Shown: positions 46,123 through 56,135 of the stretch, in pieces
Layout of the letters: every line of letters begins with the position of its first letter
Position numbering within the stretch: the first letter of the stretch is position 1
Assembly: GCA_020184695.1 (NCBI GenBank)
Contig: JAANOX010000280.1
Coordinates: 124,001 to 188,000 of the forward strand
Origin: Histomonas meleagridis 2922-C6/04-290x
Taxonomy: Eukaryota > Protista > Parabasalia
Reading direction: 5' to 3'
Length of the DNA stretch: 64,000 nt
Position numbers and translations under genes: made by a program
Notes under the pieces: generated by a model
What the model was told of the DNA's origin: nothing
The model's database searches: none
What the model saw: the letters and a program-made list of their open reading frames with translations, nothing else

Positions 46123-46127
46123 AGTGA
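46123..46127 (-). promoter_or_regulatory. Inr motif TCACT upstream of OTC
   Basis: Lies 12 nt upstream of ATG 46111. Similar Inr motifs precede the genes at 52845 (52868-52872), 58124 (58136-58140) and 60733 (60739-60743). Confidence 0.5.
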
Positions 46128-46647
46128 ACTGGCCATCGTTTTCTTTATTTTAAAACTCAAACAACCACAAATTCCTTAAAACGAAATTAATTATAAATAA
46201 ATTAAATATATAATTTTTGTTTGTTTCACATTTATGTAATAAGTATTTTATAAATTTATTAATTGATGTTTAATTAATGAGATAATTTAATTTTTACTGG
46301 GAAATTATCACTTCACTTTGTAATAAAACGATAAATCGACTTTTTGAATCAAAAATCACTTCATCCGTAAAATTTTTTTGTTTAATCAAATCTTTAGTTA
46401 TTGCAATAGTATTATTTGTTTATATAAGTTTTTCTTTATTAAAAGATACTCTCTATTTTATGCTTGTAATTCATCATAAAGAAGGGTACTTATGCTATTA
46501 ATAAGCACATTTTAAATTATAATGAAAGCATAAATATGCAAATTAATTTCTACGAGATGTCATAAGTGCAAACAAAATAAATATTGTTTAAAAAAAATAT
46601 TTTTCCTACTAAATTAAAAACAATTTTTATTAACAAAAAAAAAATAT

Positions 46648-49600
46648 TTAACCGAAGTCTTCAATGATAGAAGAAGACAACATAAGATGTTCATTAATTT
46701 CAGCTGTCAATGCTTTATTTTTCTTATAATTTTTGAATAAGAATATTGAAACCACAACAATTACTATAACTAAAACGGAAACAGAAATTGACACAAGAAT
46801 TGTAATCAATTTCGTATCTTTTGGCCTTGAATCCTTCGTAAAAATACATACATCAAAATAATTTGCAGGTTCTGTTGCAAGTATTTCATTCCATTCATCT
46901 GTATTATTTGTATTATAATTATCATAATTTTTAGTATAAGGTAAACATAACGTTATATTATAAACGAAATGATTTCCATTTTGAGTTTTATTTTGTTTTG
47001 TATTTGCAAATATTTTTGTATTGAAATTCGGAGGATTTTCTGGAAATGAAATCATATGTAATGAAGTACATCCTTCAAAAATTTTGACTGCATCATTTTT
47101 AACCTTTTGTAACAAAGGAAAATGAACAAAAGAAAGTGATATACATCCCTTAAAACATGAGTCATAATTAATATCAGTCAATACATCAAAGATTACACTT
47201 CGAAGTGAAATACAATTTTCAAATGAGCTTAAGCCGATTGAACTTAATTGCTTAAATTCAAGTGATTCAATTGAAAGACAGTTTGCAAATGCATATGCTT
47301 CAATCGTAGTAATTTTCTCTAATGAAATATTACTTAGGCTTGAACAATTTGTAAATGTATAAGATCGAATTGATGTAACTTTCGGGAAATGAATTGATGT
47401 TAAATTATAACAATATTGAAATGCATATCCACCAATCGTATAAACACTTACAAATGATACATTTTTCAATGATATACAACTCGTAAATGAATAACCTCCA
47501 ATTACTTCAAGAATTGGCATATTAATTGTTTCCAATAATTTACAATTTCGAAATGATGACAATCCTATTAATGTACATTTAGGTAAATAAATGGATTTAA
47601 GTGACAAACAATTATAAAATTGATAACTACTTATTGTTATGATATTTGGAATATTTGCTTCATTTAATTTTTGGCAATTATCAAATACATTTTTACCTAC
47701 TACAGTTGCATTTAAAAAAGTAACTTTTTCTAAATTTAAACATGATTGAAATACTCCATCTTCAATGGTTTTAATAATATTATTTTCTACCGAAATAATT
47801 TCATTACAATATGAAAAACAATTTTTTCCAATTGATTCAAATTTCGAAAAATCAGTGATTCTTACATTAGAATTCATAAAACTTTCATTTCCAATTCTGG
47901 TAACGTTTGGAATATAAATATTATCAAGGAAAAGTTGATCTTTAAAACATCGATCACCGATTTCTATTAAATTTGGAGCAGTAAAATTAATTAACTTCGT
48001 TCCAAGAAAAACGTCATTTCCAATATATTCTAATGAAGGTAAATCTATATTACTAAAATCATAACAATATTGAAATGCTTCATTTGAACAATATTTTAAT
48101 TTATTACATGTAAGTATATCAATTGATGAATTCGCAAAAAATCCAACTCCTGCGTATTCCAAATTATGAAAAATTACAACATATAAATTCTTACAACTTC
48201 TAAAACAATAATCGCCAACTTTTATAACATCAAGTTCTAAACCTCCTTGTAAACTTGAAGAAAAAGTCGAATTTTCAAAACAACAATTTCCTAATTCTTT
48301 ACAATTAAATAAATATATTGAATCAATATTAATCTGATTAGAAAACAAATAATCAGGTGCATATTCAAGTTTTGGTAAAAAAAATTCTATAATTGTGTTT
48401 TGCCCTTGGAAAAAGTATTTACTACAATTGATTAAACTTGGACCTTCAAATACTTGTAACGAATCACAAGTATGAAACACATACGAACCTGCTTCTTGAA
48501 GATTAGGGAAATATACGTTGTTTAAATAAATACATTTTTCAAATGCATAATCATCAACCTTTGAAACATTTGGAAAATTAACATATAAAATTGATAAACA
48601 ACATGAAAATGCTTTATAACCAATAAATGTAACATATGAAAATGAAAGAATTTCTAATGACGAACAAAATGCAAAAGAAAGATGTCCAATTATCTTTAAA
48701 ATTGGAAAATCGATATTTGCTAATTGTGTACATTCATAAAAACAATATGAATCCAAATCTTCTAATGAAGAAAATGAAACTTCATGTAAATATTTGCATT
48801 GATAAAAAGCACTATGATAAAGTTTTGTTACATTTGGACAGATAACATTTGGTAAAGAACTACATCCAGCAAATGCACACATATCAATTAAATTAACATT
48901 TTCAGAAAACGTCACATTTTTCAAGTTTCTACAATAATAAAATGAATAAGATCCAACAGAAGTAATATTTGGACCGATATAAATTGTTTCTAAATTTTCA
49001 TCAGCATAAAATGCGCCAAAATCAATCAAAGTAATTGATATTGTAAATGTAATATTCTTTAATGAAGTACAAAAAGCAAGTACAAATTTTCCTGTTGATT
49101 TTAATCCATCGCCAAAAGTAAAAGATTTTAACCTAGAACATTGAGAAAATGCATATTCACTTAATAAAGTAACTGAATTTGGAATTTTAATATTTGTGAA
49201 TGAACATCCTGAAAATGCATGTTCTCCAATTGTTTTTAAATTTGTGTTGTCCCCAAATGTAATAGATGAAAGTGAACTACAAGATTCAAATGAACGACTA
49301 CCAATTGAATTAATGGAATCAGGGAAAATAATATCATTTAAACGAAGGCAAAATTCAAAAACGTTACATTTTAATTCTTTAAGTTTGGTCCCAAATTCGA
49401 TAGAATTCATGTAAGCACATGTATAAAATGCATAATCACCAATAACTTCAACATTTTCGCCTAAATAAAACGTTTTAAAGGGACATAAAGAAAAGGCTCT
49501 TTCTTCAATGGTAATTACAGAACTTGGAATTGATATGTTCTGTAAACGACTAGAATAAAATGTGTACATAGAAATTTTTGAAATACTTTCACTCAAAATA

Positions 49601-50004
49601 ATTGTTTGAATTCCACATTGATAAAATGCATATGAACCAATTATTGTTACTGTATTCGGAATTTGGATTTGCTTCAACATATAACATTGGTAAAAACAAC
49701 ATTCTCCAATTGAAGTGACTTTTTCTCCAATAGTAACAGTTGAGAGTGAAAAGCATGTAAAAAATGCATCATCACCAATTGTTATAACAGAATTTCCAAT
49801 GAGAACAGAAGTGAGGGAAACCCAACCACTGAATGCATTGTTTTTAATATCTTTGATATTACCATATATAAATAGATGAGATGTATTAGATTTGTATTCC
49901 TGTGTCATTTCGCTTTCATCAGAAATTACTAACGTGCTATTGCTTTCAATAAAAATTTGAGTGGTATGTATTGCAAATATCAAGAAAAAACATGATCCAA
50001 GCAT
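46648..50004 (-). CDS. BspA-like (TpLRR/LRR_5) leucine-rich-repeat surface protein, type I membrane (1118 aa)
   Basis: Signal peptide, dozens of IxxxAFxxCxxLxxIxFP repeats, C-terminal TM helix (LITILVSISVSVLVIVIVVVSIFLF) and short tail ending IIEDFG. Confidence 0.93.
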   Translation of the reverse strand: MLGSCFFLIFAIHTTQIFIESNSTLVISDESEMTQEYKSNTSHLFIYGNIKDIKNNAFSGWVSLTSVLIGNSVITIGDDAFFTCFSLSTVTIGEKVTSIGECCFYQCYMLKQIQIPNTVTIIGSYAFYQCGIQTIILSESISKISMYTFYSSRLQNISIPSSVITIEERAFSLCPFKTFYLGENVEVIGDYAFYTCAYMNSIEFGTKLKELKCNVFEFCLRLNDIIFPDSINSIGSRSFESCSSLSSITFGDNTNLKTIGEHAFSGCSFTNIKIPNSVTLLSEYAFSQCSRLKSFTFGDGLKSTGKFVLAFCTSLKNITFTISITLIDFGAFYADENLETIYIGPNITSVGSYSFYYCRNLKNVTFSENVNLIDMCAFAGCSSLPNVICPNVTKLYHSAFYQCKYLHEVSFSSLEDLDSYCFYECTQLANIDFPILKIIGHLSFAFCSSLEILSFSYVTFIGYKAFSCCLSILYVNFPNVSKVDDYAFEKCIYLNNVYFPNLQEAGSYVFHTCDSLQVFEGPSLINCSKYFFQGQNTIIEFFLPKLEYAPDYLFSNQINIDSIYLFNCKELGNCCFENSTFSSSLQGGLELDVIKVGDYCFRSCKNLYVVIFHNLEYAGVGFFANSSIDILTCNKLKYCSNEAFQYCYDFSNIDLPSLEYIGNDVFLGTKLINFTAPNLIEIGDRCFKDQLFLDNIYIPNVTRIGNESFMNSNVRITDFSKFESIGKNCFSYCNEIISVENNIIKTIEDGVFQSCLNLEKVTFLNATVVGKNVFDNCQKLNEANIPNIITISSYQFYNCLSLKSIYLPKCTLIGLSSFRNCKLLETINMPILEVIGGYSFTSCISLKNVSFVSVYTIGGYAFQYCYNLTSIHFPKVTSIRSYTFTNCSSLSNISLEKITTIEAYAFANCLSIESLEFKQLSSIGLSSFENCISLRSVIFDVLTDINYDSCFKGCISLSFVHFPLLQKVKNDAVKIFEGCTSLHMISFPENPPNFNTKIFANTKQNKTQNGNHFVYNITLCLPYTKNYDNYNTNNTDEWNEILATEPANYFDVCIFTKDSRPKDTKLITILVSISVSVLVIVIVVVSIFLFKNYKKNKALTAEINEHLMLSSSIIEDFG

Positions 50005-50868
50005 TGACAGTATTTAACGATAGAAACAAGTATCAAACGTGTTTCAAAACGATTATCGGATTTTTTAAAATCTTCAAGATAGCCCAAATATATTTTGAAT
50101 CAACATAACTTACAGGAGGCATTTCTTTAGATTGATTTTTATATGTTTTTTAAAAAAAAAAATAAATAAATAAATTTGGCAATAGAGCAAAAAATGATTT
50201 TAATAAAAGAGTTATTTATTAAGTTTTCCCTGAATGAATCTTTCAGGTATCAATTGCAAAAGTTCACAATGAGAGATATTTTTGGGTTTATCAGAAAAGA
50301 ATTCTTACTGAATATGGGTCTGGAATTTTGATTTAAAATAAGAATAATAGCCTCTGATTTACATAGAGCTTAAACCGTTCATCAAAGGGGGTCAAAAAAA
50401 TACATTTTAGGTGAAAAACAGATTTTTAAAAACGCAAGTACTTATAACTCTCTTCGCAACTAAGTTAACTTGATCAACAACATATGGTCCATTTTAAGTT
50501 TACCCATAAAAATGAATCCAACATTTGTAACAAAAAAGGGAACACCACTTACTATTGATTTTATTTTGCAAAATCAATATACATAATTTTGCTAATTGGG
50601 TTATAAATGTTATTTTTCACACATCAATGCAACTTTAGTTTTTACCTTCTTTAAGAAAAAATAAAAAAAAAAAATAAAAAAAAAGAATGAAATGCTTCAA
50701 ATTTAAAAAAAAAAATCATTAAATCTTTAAAATAAATTCACATAATAATGACATCACCAACAATTTCATGAAGTACATATCATAAACATTTTCGAATCAA
50801 TTAAATCAAGTTTAAACTGTCGGACAAACACATAAAACGAATGAATGATTTTTTAATCAGCTATCAAA

Positions 50869-52845
50869 TTAAGAATCATCAGAATAATCATCAGAAGAAT
50901 AATCTCCGTAGGAACCATAGCCTGAGCTATCTTCTTCTTCTTCTTTATTTGATGGATCGTATACGTAATTTGAAGCTTCCACTATTTTTTGGTATAACGA
51001 AGGCGTTATCTTTTGCAACGTGTCTTCAGGGAATTGTTCTAACACATGTTTAGCTACAGAAGCTCTTTTTCTACGCGATATATACTTTAATGAATCTAAC
51101 GCATCAATAATAAAATCTTCAGCCATTTGAATCATCCTATTGCTGAAGTCTCCTAACATTTTCTTCATTGCTTCTTCATCATTAACTTTATTACCTTCAT
51201 CTTTCGCTGGTGGTTCAGTTTCTTCTTTTTGAGGTTTAGGTTCGTTCTTTTTTTCGATTTCTTTATTTTGCATTTTTTTCTTTTGTTGAAGATCTTCATA
51301 CTCGACAACCTGAGAAAAAAGATCAGTGAGACCTTCATCAAATGAAAAGTTATGTGCAACTTTACCATACTTGTTTACAATGTTAAAGTCAGCATCATTT
51401 TCAAAAAGCATTTTGATAATGTCTATGTTTTCTTCTGATTTACATGCAAGCATTACTGCTGTGTTACCTTCAGCATTTTGAAGATTAAGATTCGCTCCTT
51501 TTTCGATTAAGAATTTAACTGTTTCTGTTTTCCCTGCATCTACTGCATACATTAAAGCTGTATAGCCATAGATGTCTTGATGATTAATGTTAACTCCTGA
51601 TTCCAATATTCTTTCACACATTTCATTATTTCCATCTTTAGCTGCTGCCTTTAATAGTGTTTCATTTTCATCTGATATCATATTAAGTTTTGCGTGATAT
51701 TTGTCAATTAAAAATTGCAAAAATTTTTCTTCTTGCCAATAGATAGCTTCATATAAAGCGAAAAACATTAATTCATCTGTTAATTTAGCACCATTATCTA
51801 TAAGATATTCTGTAGCTTTGGATTCTTTTCCTTTAAGTGCTCCTTTAAGCAGCATTTGAAGACATTTTTCTTTGTTAATTTGATATTCTTTAGTTGACAT
51901 CATAAATTTAATTGTTTCAATATCGCCGAATTTACCTGCTGCTTGAAATGCTGAATCTTCTAATTTTATTTTATCTGGTGTTTGGTTAAGGAAGTATTTA
52001 ATAACATGAATTTGACTTGAAGCAACAAGATACTTAATAATTTTTTCATCATAAGTTGGGAGATCTTTAATTTGTTTGTACCAATCAACAGTATTGTAAC
52101 CTGTAATTGAACAATGATATTTATATTCTTCACTAGAACACCCATAATTTTCAATTATATAATTAGCAATATATGGAGCATGAGCTAAATATGAAAATAA
52201 AATCACGTCCTGAAATTCATCATCACCAAATGTTTTCATTTGATTTTCAAAAAGTTTAAACTTATTAAAATCACGTGTGAAAACAACAGCTTGGAAATCG
52301 TCGCATGATAATCCTCTCTCTTTAACAAGATATTCACATATTTCATATGAACCAAATCTTAAGGCAAATTCCATCAAACTTATTTCCCCTCCAAATAATG
52401 TGACTTCAATATCTGAAAGATCCTCAATAGCGCCTAATGCTTTTTTATCTCCTTTAACAATAAGATCTTGAATTGAATTGGGTTCCCATTCAAACTTAAA
52501 ATCTTTAAGTTCTTCTTCAATATCACCTTCATATTGTTCTCTAGTGAGAACACCACTTAGTACAATGTATTTGACAAAGTTAAAAGGTAAAGGCATCATC
52601 AAGGAAGGATCATACGGTCCGTTTTTTTTCAAAAATTCTGCATATTCTCGAATTTTTTTGTCATGTGAAGAACCTGCTAAAATTGTAACTAATAATAAAT
52701 ATGTTTTTGTCACATTTTGTCCAACTTCATCAATAATTTTTTGTGCTTTACTTAAACTTTCTTCTGATCCATCAAAAATCAAGTCTTCAAGTTCGGCATA
52801 TGGCTTAAGTGCATCTGGAAGAATTGAATAATCGTTTTTCTCCAT
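50869..52845 (-). CDS. Ankyrin-repeat protein, paralog A (658 aa)
   Basis: TLLKAAAKDGNNEMCERILESGVNINHQDIYGYTALMYAVDAGKTETVKFLIEKGANLN; clear paralog of 56136-58124. Confidence 0.9.
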   Translation of the reverse strand: MEKNDYSILPDALKPYAELEDLIFDGSEESLSKAQKIIDEVGQNVTKTYLLLVTILAGSSHDKKIREYAEFLKKNGPYDPSLMMPLPFNFVKYIVLSGVLTREQYEGDIEEELKDFKFEWEPNSIQDLIVKGDKKALGAIEDLSDIEVTLFGGEISLMEFALRFGSYEICEYLVKERGLSCDDFQAVVFTRDFNKFKLFENQMKTFGDDEFQDVILFSYLAHAPYIANYIIENYGCSSEEYKYHCSITGYNTVDWYKQIKDLPTYDEKIIKYLVASSQIHVIKYFLNQTPDKIKLEDSAFQAAGKFGDIETIKFMMSTKEYQINKEKCLQMLLKGALKGKESKATEYLIDNGAKLTDELMFFALYEAIYWQEEKFLQFLIDKYHAKLNMISDENETLLKAAAKDGNNEMCERILESGVNINHQDIYGYTALMYAVDAGKTETVKFLIEKGANLNLQNAEGNTAVMLACKSEENIDIIKMLFENDADFNIVNKYGKVAHNFSFDEGLTDLFSQVVEYEDLQQKKKMQNKEIEKKNEPKPQKEETEPPAKDEGNKVNDEEAMKKMLGDFSNRMIQMAEDFIIDALDSLKYISRRKRASVAKHVLEQFPEDTLQKITPSLYQKIVEASNYVYDPSNKEEEEDSSGYGSYGDYSSDDYSDDS

Positions 52846-52979
52846 TTTTCGATTCCCCTATTAGTTAAGTGAACCAAAAGTTCCATCGGTTTAACTCTCT
52901 CATTGATATCAATAAAGTTCACAAATTATTATAATAAAGTTCACAAATAACTCAAACAAAACACCTTTGAACAATTAAC

Positions 52980-53400
52980 CACAGTGCATTTTTGGTGGTT
53001 CCTGTTCGAAATATTTGAGAAAGTAAATACAATTTTCAGTACCGCGTAACGGTCGCCATGAAACATTTCTTTCTCCTGATGAGGAATAACCTGCACCTAT
53101 AATGATTCACCAACTTTTCACACATTCCTCCAGTGTAAATCATATGCACTGCTTTATTTGAAGAATCTCGATTCTTTTGGAGGCTCTACATTTTTTGTCT
53201 TTAAACGCAGCTATTTGGGTGTCGGTCTCTCGTTTGTCCTATCTTTGAAGTCTTTTGTCCAATTTTTCGGGCTAATTTGTTCTTTTTCAATCTTTGTAAT
53301 TTTCTTTATAGACACAATCGTGCTTGAGCATCAGCATCATTACGACAATTTGCTCTTCTCTGATAGAAACAAGTGTTCTTTAACTTCATTTATAAGTTGG
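52980..53400 (-). pseudogene. Possible decayed gelsolin/villin-repeat gene fragment
   Basis: One frame reads ...DLHWRNV*KVGESL*VQVIPHQEKEMFHGDRYAVLKIVFTF..., resembling the gelsolin FxxGDxYxvL motif, with several stops. Confidence 0.3.
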
Positions 53401-53939
53401 ATATTTAAAATGATAAAGTAGTACAATCGCTGAGTAAGAGCTTACTAGACATGTAACTCTAAAATATTAATTAAATAGAAAATACAAGGAAACTTTCTGA
53501 ATAAAAAATTAATTAATATAATGTTAGTTAACAAATATTTTAATTTTATGATTTTATAATAGAATGATGTTATAAACTATTTAAAATTTTGACATGTCAA
53601 TTCATTTTTTTAATTTTTATAAATCATAAATTTCGATTCGTTGTTAATTTTTGCTGGCTTCGTCAGAAAGATCCAACGAATACTTACAATAAAAGAGGTA
53701 TGAGGAACTGTCCTGTATGGAATTTCTCAGAAATCATTCAATTTTGATGTAAACTATTCAATCACACTTCAACCCACCCCTGTGATCGTATTTCACTGAA
53801 TGATTATAATTTAGAGAAAAATGATCATTTCTGATTGATTTCATACACCATTTTTTCTCATTTAAATATATCTAAAATTACCAGAAATTATTAAGTATGA
53901 TAGTTCATGGGGAAATTATATAAAAAATATGATGTCTAG

Positions 53940-55545
53940 ATCAACAAAAAAGAAAGATTTCGATATAATTATTGATAGAAGCATACATAAGTGCTGTATT
54001 AAATAAATTAAATAATTTCCAAATTTTATTTTGGAATCAAAAATTATTAAAATCAATTTTAAATAAAACTTATAAATATCTTCGGCATCAACATCAATTC
54101 CTTCTTGTTCAAGGAGTAATTTAACTATTTCTGTATAACCATATCTAGATGCTTTCATAAGTGCTGTATCAAATAATTTAAATAATTTTCAAATATTATT
54201 TTGAAATAGAAAATTATTAAAATAAATATTATCTTTAGCATAAATATCAATTCCTTCTTGTTCAAGAAGTAATTTAACTATTTTTGTATAACCATATCTA
54301 GATGCTTTCATAAGTGCTGTATTAAATAATTCAAATAATTTTCAAATATTACTTTGAAATATAAAATTATTAAAATAAATACCTAATAAAACAAATAAAT
54401 ATCTTTAGCATTAATATCAATTCCTTTTTGCTCCAAAATATATTTAACAAGTTCCGTGTTTCCTGATCCTACTGAAAATACCAATATATCATGCGGATTT
54501 GAATTCTCTTTAAGAAAATATTCAACTAAAAAAATGTTTCCAATTTTTGCTGCTTCATTAATGATATTTTCATTAATTTTCATTCCTTCTTTTTCTAAAT
54601 ATGTAAAAATTTCATAATTAAAATATGAAACGCATTTTTTTCCTAATTCTTTTAATTTATTAATATCTTCAATTTTATTTTCATAAAGATAATGAAAGAT
54701 ATCATTTTGATGAAATTCTATTGTTGCTTCATATGCATTTTGAAAAGATGAATGATTTTGTTTACATAAATGAATGATTTCTTCATTTCCTCCTGCAACT
54801 GCATATTTACCTGTATTCTTTACTTTTGCACCATTCACAAGTAAATATTTAAAACATTTTACTGAAGAAAAAAATGCAGCATAATCAATTAATGTAACAT
54901 TTTCTTTATTGATAAATGAACATCTTTCATAAAGTGATGGTTCAATTGTTTGATTAAAATCAAAATTTGCTTGTGATGATTTTTCTTGAAGTTTTTCTAT
55001 TTCATCATATCGAATTATTTTTACAATTTCATTTGGATTATGTCCTTCTTTAATATATTTCTTATGTAATTCCCAATCATTCTTTGAAAGTTCTTCATAA
55101 TTTACAAAATCATACTCCCTTAAATGGATTGCTAATTCTTCTTTAGACATATAATGTACAAAATAAGCACTCTGATTGTTTTTTACAATGTTTGGTTCAG
55201 GAAATTACGTTCAATCATAGCTTCAAGTAAATAACATGATTCATGTGTATGCCCATTATAAAGAAATCGTCCAAATACATCAAATATATTAGATTTGATT
55301 TTATTACACTCTTCAAATTTTCTTATTTCTAGCTAATATTTAAAAATAAATCAATATTATTGTTTCTGATTACAAAGGAATAATATATCATTTGAATAAT
55401 CATTAAATCATAAGAAAAAGGATGTATTTCATCAAATTTGCTTATTATTAAACCTAAAGATCTAGAGAAATTTCCTACATTCAAACTAAAAATTGCTTGA
55501 TTTATTGATAGAAGTGTTTCCCAGTCGCAAAGTTCCTTTGGTCAT
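53940..55545 (-). pseudogene. DUF3447-type ankyrin-repeat gene, disrupted (5' stops/frameshifts; 3' ankyrin repeats separated by AT-rich spacers)
   Basis: Core ORF 54383-55150 has EGHNPNEIVKIIRYDEIEKLQ...TLIDYAAFFSSVKCFKYLL...YAVAGGNEEIIHLC. The upstream homologous frame (ELCDWETLLSINQAIFSL...) has a frameshift and TAG 55329-55331. Downstream TALMKASRYGYTxIVKLLLEQEGID units lie in shifted frames. Confidence 0.8.
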
Positions 55546-56135
55546 AAGGGAAAATATTAATAACGGATATATTTAATTCAAATTTGTATAAATAATCAAA
55601 AAGTTGAATTGGATGTAAATTAGCTTTTTGTATACTTTATGTACGATAGAAGGGTTTGGGTTGAAAATCAAAGGAAACAAATATAAAAATATTTTTGTTT
55701 TTGCTCTATTTTCCATGAATTCTTCCAAAAAATATTCTGATGATTGTAATTGTACATTTTAATATATAATTCATATGACTTTAACTATAAGTTTTGCAAA
55801 ACTTTTTTATCAAACCGAAAGAAGAGACCGTTAAAAGTCATGTTTATTATTGAATTTGAACGTTTGTAGGATTTGTTTTGATTTTATTATTTTTTTCATG
55901 CAGCGTCATTGATTTTATTCAAATTTGTCTAAAAGTATTTGTATAACAAATCTTAAATTCAATAGTTTTAGATTACGAAAAGCCCAACCAATTATTGAAA
56001 ACCGAGTCATTTTAGTGTCTATTGATATATATAAAAGTTTGCCGTAATTTTACTTTTAGAAATTATCTAAAAGAAGAAACACTAAAATATAAATCAGTTT
56101 CAAAACAAAAAAAATATTATAAATGATTAATTTTA

